DNA of 64,000 nt from the NCBI GenBank assembly GCA_965223975.1, contig OZ245031.1:2132145-2196144 (forward strand). Direction: 5' to 3'. Position 1 is the first letter of the stretch. Every line of letters begins with the position of its first letter. The translations under genes and the position numbers were made by a program. Below are positions 33,570-42,753 of this stretch, piece after piece. A model generated the notes under the pieces. It was not told the DNA's origin. It searched no databases and saw only the letters and a program-made list of their open reading frames with translations. This DNA comes from Pseudomonadales bacterium (lineage in GTDB: Bacteria; Pseudomonadota; Gammaproteobacteria; Pseudomonadales; JBECKS01).

Positions 33570-34301
33570 TTACATTTGCAAAGAACGAATATACAGAATA
33601 ACTGCGTTGATATCATGTGTGGTAAGTTCTTCTCCCCAAGGTGGCATTCGGTCTGATCTTCCAATCGCTTTGCCGCCCTTTTGAATAATCTTCTTCATGT
33701 AATCGTCTGTCGATTTAGTCTCACGTAGGTTTGACGGAGATGGGTCTTTTATTATCTTTGCTAGCCTTCCGTTACCTTCGGCAAACTCACCATGGCAATT
33801 GACGCACCGCCCTTTGTATAGTTTGCGTCCGTATTCGACGCTAGGCACTTGTCTATCAGCAATCTGTGATAGTTTCTTTTGAGCAAGTTCAGGGTGTTGT
33901 TCAAGCTTAGAAAGAAATAGGGTAAGTGATTCGATTTCTGTCCAAGTTAGCTCATTTCCCCAGGGGGGCATTAAATAACCAAAATCTCCTTTGCTGATAC
34001 CGTTAACAATAATCGCTTTTGTGGCTTCGCGGTCTTGAAGGGATTTTAGGTGTTTTAGCTTGAACAGATTGGTATTTGGATAGGTGTCTAAAATTAAGGG
34101 CAATACCCCATCACCCATAGCGTAATTGCCGTGGCATAAAGCACACTTATTTTGAAAGGTCTTAGCGCCGAGTCCAAAGTCAGGGGTAGGGTCTTTGATA
34201 ACATCTAAATAGTCGTTGGAAAAAGCTTCTGTATGCGCTAGCCATAGACAAATGCCGAGCAAAGCGTTTTTTAATGGCCCCAAGGTATTTTTATTTAACA
34301 T
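33570..34301 (-). CDS. Periplasmic di-heme c-type cytochrome
   Basis: Signal peptide, two CxxCH motifs (CALCH, CVNCH), and two MPPWG motifs that could supply Met ligands. Confidence 0.85.
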   Translation of the reverse strand: MLNKNTLGPLKNALLGICLWLAHTEAFSNDYLDVIKDPTPDFGLGAKTFQNKCALCHGNYAMGDGVLPLILDTYPNTNLFKLKHLKSLQDREATKAIIVNGISKGDFGYLMPPWGNELTWTEIESLTLFLSKLEQHPELAQKKLSQIADRQVPSVEYGRKLYKGRCVNCHGEFAEGNGRLAKIIKDPSPSNLRETKSTDDYMKKIIQKGGKAIGRSDRMPPWGEELTTHDINAVILYIRSLQM

Positions 34302-34602
34302 GAATTTTCATCTGCATTTGAGGGTGAATGGCACACTCAATGTCTATCGTACCTTTTTTAGTGAGCTGAATACTTCGTGATTCCCCTTTTGGATATGACC
34401 CAAGATCAAAAGCCTGTGTATCTGATAAACTAAAAATATTATGAGAGAAAGGATCGCTGTTTAGAAAATTAATAGTGTCTCCAAGGGATGCGGTAACCTC
34501 CTTTTCGCCAACAAAGGATTTGTTCTGTTGAATAATGGTATGTTCTTTTGCCAATAAAATGGATGAGCTTAGTGCGAATGTTATGAAAATTAAAAATCTC
34601 AT
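34291..34602 (-). CDS. Small amicyanin-like type-1 copper protein (cupredoxin)
   Basis: Signal peptide. Candidate ligand set is SHN ... CAIHPQM (C-x2-H-x2-M, as in amicyanin CTPHPFM). It overlaps both neighbouring genes (4 nt and 11 nt). Confidence 0.7.
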   Translation of the reverse strand: MRFLIFITFALSSSILLAKEHTIIQQNKSFVGEKEVTASLGDTINFLNSDPFSHNIFSLSDTQAFDLGSYPKGESRSIQLTKKGTIDIECAIHPQMQMKIHVK

Positions 34603-35645
34603 AATTTATCCTCGGTGGGTAATATAGGTAAGTTAACTTCGATTTGTTTTGATGATAAAGCTTTGAGGAATTCCACAAGGTTTTCTTTATCTTTGTTTGA
34701 TAGTTTTAAGTCGGTCTTCATATCAGGAGAGAGCCCAGGTCCCTTTGCCCCAGAGTTATAGTGTTCAACCACTTGCTCTAATGTTGTAGCTTGCCCGTTA
34801 TGAAAGTATGGAGCGGTATAGCTAATATCTCTTAGTGTAGGTGTTTTAAAGGCGTATTTGTTGATTGATATCGGTTTTTCGTTATAGCGACCTAGATCCG
34901 ATTTGCTGGTACCAATGTTATGAAAACCATTATCTGTGAAGTTGGGCGCCTGGTGACAAACCGCGCAATTGCCTTTGTCGGGGTCTAAAAATATTTTAAA
35001 ACCTTTCACCTGGCTTTTGGTCATAGCTTTTTTGTCCCCTTTTACCCATTGATCAAAAGGGGAGTTATTGCTGACTATAGTTCGCTCATAGCTTGCAATA
35101 GCTTTTGCAAAAGTGTCTTTGCTTATACCTTCTGAAGGGTACGCTTGCTTAAATGCTTTTTGGTAGCCAGGAACTCTGTTAAGCCAGATCACTAATTTGT
35201 CGAGGTCCATATGCATTTCGTCGCTTGATTTTAGGGGCCCGAGTGCTTGTGTTTCAAGCGAGGGCTCTCGTCCGTCCCACATTTGCAAATAGTTGAAACC
35301 GCTGTTGATGATGGTAGGGGACGCTCGATCCAGTACTTTGCCTCTAAAACCAATAGCTGTAGGTAGTCCATCTGACCATCCGAGTGATGGGTTATGGCAA
35401 GTCGCACATGACATATTCCTGTCTCCGCTTATACGCGGATCAAAAAATAGCTTCTTACCTAGATCTACACGATAAGCGTTGGCCTGATTGTCTTCTGGTT
35501 CGTCGGGCCGCGCCGGTAACAACCAGTCACTTAGGCTGGGATGGCCCGGCTTTACCACAACATCGTCTGCGTTCGAGGTAGAACATAGGATTGCAAAGCT
35601 GGCTAATATTACTAGTAATGATGGATGGTATTGATAACTGCACAT
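34599..35645 (-). CDS. Di-heme cytochrome c peroxidase / MauG family protein
   Basis: Contains CATCHNP and CAVCHQAPNFTDNGFHNIG, plus FKTPTLRD...APYFHNG, typical of the CCP_MauG family. Confidence 0.88.
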   Translation of the reverse strand: MCSYQYHPSLLVILASFAILCSTSNADDVVVKPGHPSLSDWLLPARPDEPEDNQANAYRVDLGKKLFFDPRISGDRNMSCATCHNPSLGWSDGLPTAIGFRGKVLDRASPTIINSGFNYLQMWDGREPSLETQALGPLKSSDEMHMDLDKLVIWLNRVPGYQKAFKQAYPSEGISKDTFAKAIASYERTIVSNNSPFDQWVKGDKKAMTKSQVKGFKIFLDPDKGNCAVCHQAPNFTDNGFHNIGTSKSDLGRYNEKPISINKYAFKTPTLRDISYTAPYFHNGQATTLEQVVEHYNSGAKGPGLSPDMKTDLKLSNKDKENLVEFLKALSSKQIEVNLPILPTEDKL

Positions 35646-35746
35646 ATATGAATACTATCTCGATTTTTTGATTTAATACTCGCTTGAATTAAGGCGAGGG
35701 AAGTGTAGAGTATTGATCGCAGTGGATGTGAAAAATTTTCGGAAAA

Positions 35747-35762
35747 TGTGATTCTTGTCACA
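35747..35762. promoter_or_regulatory. Perfect CRP-family binding palindrome TGTGA-N6-TCACA
   Basis: tgtgattcttgtcaca lies in the divergent region between the peroxidase operon (ATG at 35645) and the HAMP-GAF gene (ATG at 35788). Confidence 0.5.
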
Positions 35763-35787
35763 ACATCAATAAGTAAATGGTTATGTT

Positions 35788-37062
35788 ATGTCCTTAGAGG
35801 GTTTCGGAATAAAGCAAAAGGTATTCTTTTTAGCTGCCTTTTCGTGTTGTTCGTTGGTCTTGGTGTTTTGGGCGGCCAGTGTGGCTTTATCTCAAAACCT
35901 TAATCAGATAAAAAATCTTGAAACACAATCGCTGCCTTTAATTGAAACTTTAATGGCTTCTCGACAATTGTATGTTGATATGGAGCAAACGTTCGCAGAG
36001 GCGGCGCTGGTTGGTGATTTAGAATGGTACTCGGACGCTGTCGATATTTCTGACAAAAATAAAATGCTGCTTATCAGTATGTCTGTAGAGAATGACAGAT
36101 ATAAAAAAGAGGTTAGAGAAATTGTTGAAATTCTAGATGACTATGAAGTGGTTGCGAATATTTCTTTAGATGCCACCTTGGGGCGTCCACTAACTACTGC
36201 AGAAGAAATTGCGCAAAGTACGAGAGCAGGTGAACTAGGTCGCTCCTTCCAAAGCCATATTGATGGTATCTATAAAAGTGAGCATGAAACGGTTGGCAGC
36301 CAAGTTGAAGATATTATTCAGTTTAACAGTAATATGCGTGTAGTTGGCCTACTTTTTTTGATAGCAAGCTCATCTGTGTTGGCTTTGGTTTCCTTGTATA
36401 TTGGGCGTTCATTATCTAAAGGGTTTAATAAAGCGATAGAGGTGGCGGATTCGATTGCCAAGGGGGATTTTCAGACTCAATTTCAAATTAAGTTTAGTGA
36501 TGAAATTGGGCATTTGCTCTTGGCTTTACAAAAAACTCAAAAGCAACTAAAGCATAGTGCTGAGAAAGACCAACGGGAAATGAGTTTAAAGAATGATATT
36601 TCTGATTTACAAAGCGACCTCATGGGACATCCCAATGTGGGGAGTTTGGCTTCTAGTATATTAAATAATCTGGCGAGCTTATCTGGTGCTACTTCTGGAG
36701 TGCTTTTTGTTCAGCAACAAGATGGCTTTGTAGATGCTTTAGCTAATTACGCGTGCCGCTTGGAACAAGGAAAAAATGATCGTTTTCAGCTAGGAGAGGG
36801 TTTGGTGGGGCAGTGTGCTCTGGAAGGTAAATCTATCTCCATTACAAATTCGGACCATCAATACTTAGTTTATGGGGATACTGCCAAAGGCTCAAATTAT
36901 GCGCCACAGAATATTTATCTAATACCGTTGATACATAACGAGCAGGTATTGGCAGTGGTTGAGTTGTCCAGCGCGGTAGAGTTATCAGATTATTTCTGGG
37001 ATCTTTTAGAGAGGGTTAAATCCAATCTCTCGGCTAATATCGCGATTTTGCTGGATAAGTAA
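35788..37062 (+). CDS. Membrane sensor with a periplasmic helical domain, HAMP and C-terminal GAF, no output domain
   Basis: TM1, about 150 aa of periplasmic sequence, TM2, a HAMP-like region (IEVADSIAKGDF..), then GAF (GEGLVGQCALEGKSI...VLAVVELS). Confidence 0.7.
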   Translation: MSLEGFGIKQKVFFLAAFSCCSLVLVFWAASVALSQNLNQIKNLETQSLPLIETLMASRQLYVDMEQTFAEAALVGDLEWYSDAVDISDKNKMLLISMSVENDRYKKEVREIVEILDDYEVVANISLDATLGRPLTTAEEIAQSTRAGELGRSFQSHIDGIYKSEHETVGSQVEDIIQFNSNMRVVGLLFLIASSSVLALVSLYIGRSLSKGFNKAIEVADSIAKGDFQTQFQIKFSDEIGHLLLALQKTQKQLKHSAEKDQREMSLKNDISDLQSDLMGHPNVGSLASSILNNLASLSGATSGVLFVQQQDGFVDALANYACRLEQGKNDRFQLGEGLVGQCALEGKSISITNSDHQYLVYGDTAKGSNYAPQNIYLIPLIHNEQVLAVVELSSAVELSDYFWDLLERVKSNLSANIAILLDK

Positions 37063-37142
37063 CCCCCCCCTATCGAGGGGGTAGATCATTTATCTCATAA
37101 AGCTCAATAATCACTACTTCAATAAACTTAAGGAATATTGTC

Positions 37143-38315
37143 ATGTCAATCCGATTTAAGATATTTAAAATAGTTCTGCTTATTTTGTCTTTGGGTTTTC
37201 CACAGGTTTATGCGGCCGACCCCTTGGTGAATACTGGCGTTTTACTTAAGCAACTTAAAAAGCTAGAAAAGTGTCGTAAGTGTCCCGTATCAGAAATTAA
37301 GAACTTTAACGAAAGTAAAGTGATCAATATCTCTGGAGTGCCCGGATACTCGAAAGGGATCAGTACCAAAATCAGGGCACAAATGTTTGTTGCAGACGCC
37401 TATTCTGAGAGTACTACGGTTCAGGTTTACGGTTTGCCTGCGATTATTTATTTCCCGGATAACCCTAATAAAAGCCCTTTAAGAATATCTATGATTACTG
37501 TTGATGTGCATGAGCAGATTCATGAAAAAGTATTAGATTCAAAGGAAGTGGGAGTACCTTACGGTGCTTTGAATGGCAAAAAAAGTAAGTACATTGTTTA
37601 CGGCCAAACCGTGTTAAAAAATACTAAAACTGAATTAAATTATAAGGATGGACGTTTTGAGATGGAGAGCGAAGTAGATATCTCTAATATGAACGACAAA
37701 GACGGCAGAAAATATTTTGATAATTTTCAAGGTTTGGTGACTTCTTTAAATCAAGAACTCGATAAAATGAATAACGTTCATTATCGAAAATGGCAAGAGG
37801 AAGAAGCAAAGCGTATCTTGAAAAAAAGAAAGCAGTTATCCAAGCAGGTTCACACTAATATTACTGACCCTTCGGTCTTTGTGGCGCTTTTTAATTACAA
37901 TGTCAGTTTTGCTAATTTGAAAAAAGAGAGTGAGAAGACGGAGCTGGGTCATTTTGCCTATGATGACTCGGAAGCGCATAAAAAATACAACGTGGGCGTT
38001 GAGTTGATTAACTATGGTAGCTATTACGATATGCTCTATTCGGTGGCTTATGATGAAGCCATTGACGACGATGAGGCTAAGCTAAAGGCAATGATCGATA
38101 AGATGAATGAAAAGCTTGGTGGAAAGATACCTCCGGGAGCGCAGTCCGCGAGCGCACAAGAAACAAATTATAAGGGTATTGTGGATGTTGTCGTGCGTTA
38201 TGACATTAGTCAGGGAGTAAAAGGAAGTACTATGGCAAAAAATGACGAAGGTTTTGCCAAGTTCACTAAGAAAACCTATGGGAAATTACAGAAGATCGCT
38301 GATAAAACTAAATAG
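37143..38315 (+). CDS. Lys-rich secreted hypothetical protein (orphan)
   Basis: Signal peptide ...GFPQVYA-AD and AAGGA SD. I recognise no motif. The gene looks AT-rich. Confidence 0.6.
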   Translation: MSIRFKIFKIVLLILSLGFPQVYAADPLVNTGVLLKQLKKLEKCRKCPVSEIKNFNESKVINISGVPGYSKGISTKIRAQMFVADAYSESTTVQVYGLPAIIYFPDNPNKSPLRISMITVDVHEQIHEKVLDSKEVGVPYGALNGKKSKYIVYGQTVLKNTKTELNYKDGRFEMESEVDISNMNDKDGRKYFDNFQGLVTSLNQELDKMNNVHYRKWQEEEAKRILKKRKQLSKQVHTNITDPSVFVALFNYNVSFANLKKESEKTELGHFAYDDSEAHKKYNVGVELINYGSYYDMLYSVAYDEAIDDDEAKLKAMIDKMNEKLGGKIPPGAQSASAQETNYKGIVDVVVRYDISQGVKGSTMAKNDEGFAKFTKKTYGKLQKIADKTK

Positions 38316-38333
38316 ACTTTAACAATTGTGTAT

Positions 38334-38360
38334 AAAAAAGGGGCTGCGGCCCCTTTTTTT
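38334..38360 (+). terminator. Rho-independent terminator
   Basis: aaaaaaggggc-tgcg-gcccc-ttttttt. Confidence 0.75.
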
Positions 38361-38386
38361 GTGTCTGAACTTTGTATAAGACTTGA

Positions 38387-38422
38387 ATATACGGAAAATC
38401 ATATATATGATTTTCCGTATAT
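38387..38422. promoter_or_regulatory. 36-bp perfect palindrome, candidate ArsR operator overlapping the arsR start codon
   Basis: atatacggaaaatcatat|atatgattttccgtatat. I checked it base by base as a perfect inverted repeat. Confidence 0.6.
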
Positions 38423-38771
38423 GATTATTACACCTTTACAGTTTTATAAATGCCTTGCCGATGAAACCCGCTTGAGCTGCGTATTGTTGATTAGTGCGGA
38501 AGAGGAGCTTTGCGTCTGTGAACTCACTGAGTCCATTGATGCTAGCCAGCCTAAGATCTCTAGGCATCTGGCTCAGCTAAGGGAATGCGGTTTGTTAAGT
38601 GATCGACGGGTAGGCCAGTGGATCTTTTACCGAATTAACCCTGAGCTTCCTTCCTGGGCCAAAGAGGTGCTTGCCAGCACTCTTAAAGGCAACCAAGAGC
38701 TATTAAGCCCATTGTGTTGCCGATTAAATGGTATGAGTAAGCGCCCGGAACGTGGCGTAGAGTGTTGCTAG
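38421..38771 (+). CDS. arsR: ArsR-family arsenic-responsive repressor
   Basis: Contains the ELCVCEL metalloid-binding motif and an HTH (QPKISRHLAQLRECGLL). The start is taken at ATG 38421. The track start 38328 would read through the terminator. Confidence 0.9.
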   Translation: MIITPLQFYKCLADETRLSCVLLISAEEELCVCELTESIDASQPKISRHLAQLRECGLLSDRRVGQWIFYRINPELPSWAKEVLASTLKGNQELLSPLCCRLNGMSKRPERGVECC

Positions 38772-38779
38772 GGGGAAGT

Positions 38780-39250
38780 ATGAAAGTCTTATTTATCTGT
38801 ACTCATAATCGTTGTCGAAGCATTCTGGCAGAGGCAGTTACTAATCATTTTTCAGAAGGTTTGATCGAAGCGCAATCAGCGGGCAGTCAGCCTGTGGGTG
38901 AGGTGCATCCCTTGTCTCTAAAGTATTTAAGCGAATCTGGAATCGGCACCGAGGGATTGGTGAGTCAGTCCTGGGATGAACATGAAACCTGGAATGCTGA
39001 TGTGGTGATTACCGTATGTGATTCGGCGGCGGGGGAGTCGTGCCCGGTATGGTTTGGTAAGTCTTTAAAGATTCACTGGGGTTTAAAAGATCCTTCTGCG
39101 ATAGATGGGAGTGAGCAAGAGAAAGAGCAAGCGTTTAAGCAGCTTATAGCTAAGTTGCAGCTGCGTGTAGAAGCTCTGCTTGAAAATAATGTTCATACAG
39201 CTGCGCCTGAAGAGCTAAAAGGTATTTTTACTCGAGTGGGTGAAATCTAA
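38780..39250 (+). CDS. arsC: Arsenate reductase, LMW-PTP (thioredoxin-coupled) type
   Basis: [14 protein letters not shown] (CX5R P-loop) and a downstream Cys pair ([11 protein letters not shown]). Confidence 0.9.
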   Translation: MKVLFICTHNRCRSILAEAVTNHFSEGLIEAQSAGSQPVGEVHPLSLKYLSESGIGTEGLVSQSWDEHETWNADVVITVCDSAAGESCPVWFGKSLKIHWGLKDPSAIDGSEQEKEQAFKQLIAKLQLRVEALLENNVHTAAPEELKGIFTRVGEI

Positions 39251-40260
39251 TGGGCCTCTTTGAGCGCTTTTTAAGTGTTTGGGTGGCGCTGGCCATCGTG
39301 CTCGGAGTTGTTTTTGGATCATTGTTTCCAAACTTATTCCAAGTGTTAGCCGGTTTTGAATACGCTCAGGTTAATCTTTTAGTGGCGGTGTTAATTTGGC
39401 TAATGGTTTATCCCATGATGATCCAGATTGATTTTGCAGCAGTTAAGGATATTGGCAAAAAACCCAAAGGCATCGTTTTGACCTTAGTGATCAATTGGTT
39501 AGTTAAGCCTTTTACGATGGCGGTTTTGGCTTGGGTATTTTTTAAAGTCTTTTTTGCAAGTTGGGTTGATCCGCAAACAGCGAATGAGTACATCGCGGGA
39601 ATGATTTTGCTAGGTGTGGCGCCATGTACCGCCATGGTCTTTGTATGGAGCCAGTTGACTAAAGGTGACCCTAATTACACATTGGTCCAGGTATCAGTAA
39701 ATGATGTGATTATGGTTTTTGCCTTTGCACCTATTGCGGCACTCCTTTTGGGAATGTCGGACATTACAGTGCCTTGGAATACCTTGCTTTTGTCAGTTTT
39801 GTTGTACGTGGTGCTACCTTTAATTGCGGGTTTGATAACACGACGAGTGTTAAATGGCGAAACCGAAAATTTTGTTAACCAACTAAAACCATTGTCGATG
39901 TCGGGCTTGTTGCTAACAGTCGTGCTTTTATTCGCTTTTCAGGCGGAGAGCCTGATCACTAAGCCTCAAAGTATTGTGTTAGTTGCTATTCCCTTACTGA
40001 TACAAAGTTATGGAATATTTTTTATTGCCTACTTTGCCGCCAAGCATATGAAGCTACCTTTTTCTATCGCGGCGCCAGCAGCTTTAATTGGTACCAGTAA
40101 TTTTTTTGAGCTCGCGGTAGCAGTTGCGATCTCATTATTTGGATTGCACTCAGGAGCGGCCCTAGCCACAGTTGTGGGTGTGCTGGTTGAGGTGCCTGTG
40201 ATGTTGTCCTTAGTCAAGTTTTCTAATAAAACTCAACACTGGTTTAAGGGCAATGAATAA
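39250..40260 (+). CDS. acr3: Arsenite efflux transporter, ACR3 family
   Basis: Polytopic, with GVAPCTAMV containing the conserved Cys. It lies in the ars operon. Confidence 0.9.
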   Translation: MGLFERFLSVWVALAIVLGVVFGSLFPNLFQVLAGFEYAQVNLLVAVLIWLMVYPMMIQIDFAAVKDIGKKPKGIVLTLVINWLVKPFTMAVLAWVFFKVFFASWVDPQTANEYIAGMILLGVAPCTAMVFVWSQLTKGDPNYTLVQVSVNDVIMVFAFAPIAALLLGMSDITVPWNTLLLSVLLYVVLPLIAGLITRRVLNGETENFVNQLKPLSMSGLLLTVVLLFAFQAESLITKPQSIVLVAIPLLIQSYGIFFIAYFAAKHMKLPFSIAAPAALIGTSNFFELAVAVAISLFGLHSGAALATVVGVLVEVPVMLSLVKFSNKTQHWFKGNE

Positions 40261-40978
40261 GTTCCCAGCTGAATTAATTAACATTCAAGAGCATGCGTGG
40301 GCGGCTTCCGATATGGCGGCTTTTAAAGGCGCATCTACTAGTACCCATCCACCAAAAATATTGCTTTTGTACGGTTCTTTGCGTGAACGTTCTTTTAGTC
40401 GTCTAGTGGTTGAGGAGAGTGCGCGTATCTTACAAGCACTCGGCGCTGAGACTCGAATATTTAATCCTTCCGGATTGCCTTTGCCTGATGATGAGGATGA
40501 AAGCCATCCAAAGGTTCAAGAATTAAGAGAGTTAATGGCATGGTCCGAAGGCCAGGTATGGTGTTCACCAGAACGTCATGGCTCGATGACCGGAATTATG
40601 AAAGCTCAAATTGACTGGGTGCCTCTGGCGATGGGAGCTGTGCGTCCAACTCAAGGAAAAACCTTGGCTGTTATGCAGGTTGAGGGTGGTTCGCAGTCCT
40701 TTAATGCGGTTAACCAACTTAGAGTACTTGGTCGTTGGATGCGTATGATCACGATTCCTAATCAATCCTCTGTGGCTAAGGCCTGGAAAGAATTTGATGA
40801 GAATGACCGCATGAAACCCTCTGGCTTTTATGATCGTATTGTCGATGTGATGGAAGAGCTGGTTAAATTTACCATAATGACTCGTGATCACTCAGATTAC
40901 CTAGTGGATCGTTACTCCGAAAGAAAGGAGAGCGGAGAGGAGCTTATCCAACGAGTGAATAAGGATAGAGCTACCTAG
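40253..40978 (+). CDS. arsH: Arsenical resistance protein ArsH (NADPH-dependent FMN reductase)
   Basis: Contains [14 protein letters not shown] and [16 protein letters not shown]. Confidence 0.9.
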   Translation: MNKFPAELINIQEHAWAASDMAAFKGASTSTHPPKILLLYGSLRERSFSRLVVEESARILQALGAETRIFNPSGLPLPDDEDESHPKVQELRELMAWSEGQVWCSPERHGSMTGIMKAQIDWVPLAMGAVRPTQGKTLAVMQVEGGSQSFNAVNQLRVLGRWMRMITIPNQSSVAKAWKEFDENDRMKPSGFYDRIVDVMEELVKFTIMTRDHSDYLVDRYSERKESGEELIQRVNKDRAT

Positions 40979-41046
40979 CTAAGGTTGTTTGCTTGTCTGC
41001 TGATGCAAAAGGGTGATGGCACTTGCTAAGGAGCTAGCGTAGGCTA

Positions 41047-41943
41047 GTGCCTATTATGCAAATACCTGCGATTCAAATACCTGCGAATCATAATTCCGCG
41101 ACAAAGAATTTGTTCTTAAGCTCGGTTATTGTCTTGCTTAGTCTGGTTCTGGTGGCATGCGATGCCCTGTTCCCGCCAAGTCCCTACGATTGCGAGAAAA
41201 TGCCTGAAGTGCTTGAGACAAAAGCAGCAGCCTATGTTCTTTGGCGAAAGGAAGCGGTTCAAATATTCGAGACCAATGTTTTTTCAAAGCTTATTCCTTG
41301 GCTTCTGGCTGAGCGAATGGGACGGGTGGGTCCAGATGGTGAGCCTTTGCCATCGATTAAGTTTTGGCTCAGGGATGATGCGGTTGATAACTTTACGTTC
41401 TCAGATGCTAAGCGCAAAGATGGCGCTGTCATTGCTGGATTGCTATTAATCCAAAACCCACATGAGCAGGAAAAGCTACATGCGCTAATGGATGAGTTAT
41501 TTTACGACTACGCGGCTTTTGAAGTTGATAACAGTATTCCTTTGGATTCAGGCTTTCCTTATGTAAGTGGTGAAATGTTGCCAGGTCTAGTATCGGTATC
41601 TTTTTTTGAAGCGCCGAAAGAGATGTCTCGGGAAAACTTTAAGCAGTATTGGTTTTGCAGTCACACGCCTTTTGCTTTGGATATTCATCCGCTCTGGTCC
41701 TACGAAAGAAATCATGTCAACAAACAATTAGTAGCGCCTAAGAGGGTAGAAGGTCAGCTAAGCTTTGACGCAATAGTGCCTTTGCACTTACAGCATGATT
41801 CAGATATTGAGTTTTCTAGATTTTTCGCAGCTGATGGAAATTCGCCTCTGAAGAATGCCCTACGAATACAGTCCGATGTTGAACGTTTTATAGATATGGA
41901 TAAGATTCAGACCGTGCCTATGCGGCAGTTTATTTATAATTAA
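41047..41943 (+). CDS. Hypothetical lipoprotein
   Basis: Lipobox LVLVAC. I recognise no domain. It is the first gene of a tightly spaced three-gene unit. The start is GTG 41047 or ATG 41056. Confidence 0.6.
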   Translation: MPIMQIPAIQIPANHNSATKNLFLSSVIVLLSLVLVACDALFPPSPYDCEKMPEVLETKAAAYVLWRKEAVQIFETNVFSKLIPWLLAERMGRVGPDGEPLPSIKFWLRDDAVDNFTFSDAKRKDGAVIAGLLLIQNPHEQEKLHALMDELFYDYAAFEVDNSIPLDSGFPYVSGEMLPGLVSVSFFEAPKEMSRENFKQYWFCSHTPFALDIHPLWSYERNHVNKQLVAPKRVEGQLSFDAIVPLHLQHDSDIEFSRFFAADGNSPLKNALRIQSDVERFIDMDKIQTVPMRQFIYN

Positions 41944-41965
41944 AAAATAAAAAGGGAGAGCGAAA

Positions 41966-42730
41966 ATGAGCGCAGAAGCTATCTATCAATACTTACTGTA
42001 CTTTATGTTCGCGATGTGTGCTTTCACTTTTATGGGCAGCTTTTTCTACACCACGCCTTATGGTCGTTTTAAAAAAAGTGATGAAAAATTTGAGTTGCCT
42101 TCTCTACCTGGTTGGCTGCTTATGGAGTTTCCCTGCTTAGTGGCGGGTATTTCTGCTTTTTTTTTAACCGGTGGTAATACTGGCGCATTGGTGCCTTTGG
42201 TCTTTATTTGTATTTGGCAGTGTCATTACATTTACCGTTCGATCATTTTTCCTTTAAGGATGAATAGTCGGAATAAAAAAATGCCGGTGATGGCGGTTGT
42301 TACAGGTATTGTATTTAACTCAATCAATGGCTTTTTAAACGGTTATGCTTTTTCTCATGCTGAGCACCTGCTTGATGCAAGCTGGTTAATGAGCCCAATG
42401 TTTATTGCGGGGGTTTCTATGATGATCGTCGGTTTGGCCATTAATATTCATTCCGATAATGTGTTAAAAAATCTACGAGCGCCAGGCGAAACAGGTTACA
42501 AGGTGCCCAAGGGAGGCTTTTATCGTTGGGTGTCAGTACCGAATTACTTTGGTGAGATTATTGAGTGGTGTGGTTTAGCACTAGCGGCTTGTACTCCAGC
42601 AGCCTTGTCTTTTGCTTTGTTTTCCATTGCTAATTTGTTTCCAAGAGCGCTGGCGCATCATCGTTGGTATCGTGAGACCTTTGAGGACTATCCTGATTCT
42701 CGCAAAGCGATTATTCCATTTGTTATATAA
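41966..42730 (+). CDS. 3-oxo-5-alpha-steroid 4-dehydrogenase (steroid 5-alpha-reductase/TECR) family membrane reductase
   Basis: Contains PKGGFYRWVSVPNYFGEIIEWCGLALA, the C-terminal signature of the family. Polytopic. Confidence 0.8.
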   Translation: MSAEAIYQYLLYFMFAMCAFTFMGSFFYTTPYGRFKKSDEKFELPSLPGWLLMEFPCLVAGISAFFLTGGNTGALVPLVFICIWQCHYIYRSIIFPLRMNSRNKKMPVMAVVTGIVFNSINGFLNGYAFSHAEHLLDASWLMSPMFIAGVSMMIVGLAINIHSDNVLKNLRAPGETGYKVPKGGFYRWVSVPNYFGEIIEWCGLALAACTPAALSFALFSIANLFPRALAHHRWYRETFEDYPDSRKAIIPFVI

Positions 42731-42753
42731 AGAGTTATTTAAAGGGTAGGCCT

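Noticed and set aside
37063-37081. C8...G5 hairpin after the HAMP-GAF gene, considered as a terminator or slippage tract.
   Set aside because: No U-tract follows it, and it lies outside coding sequence, so slippage would have no frame consequence. At best it is a weak structural element.
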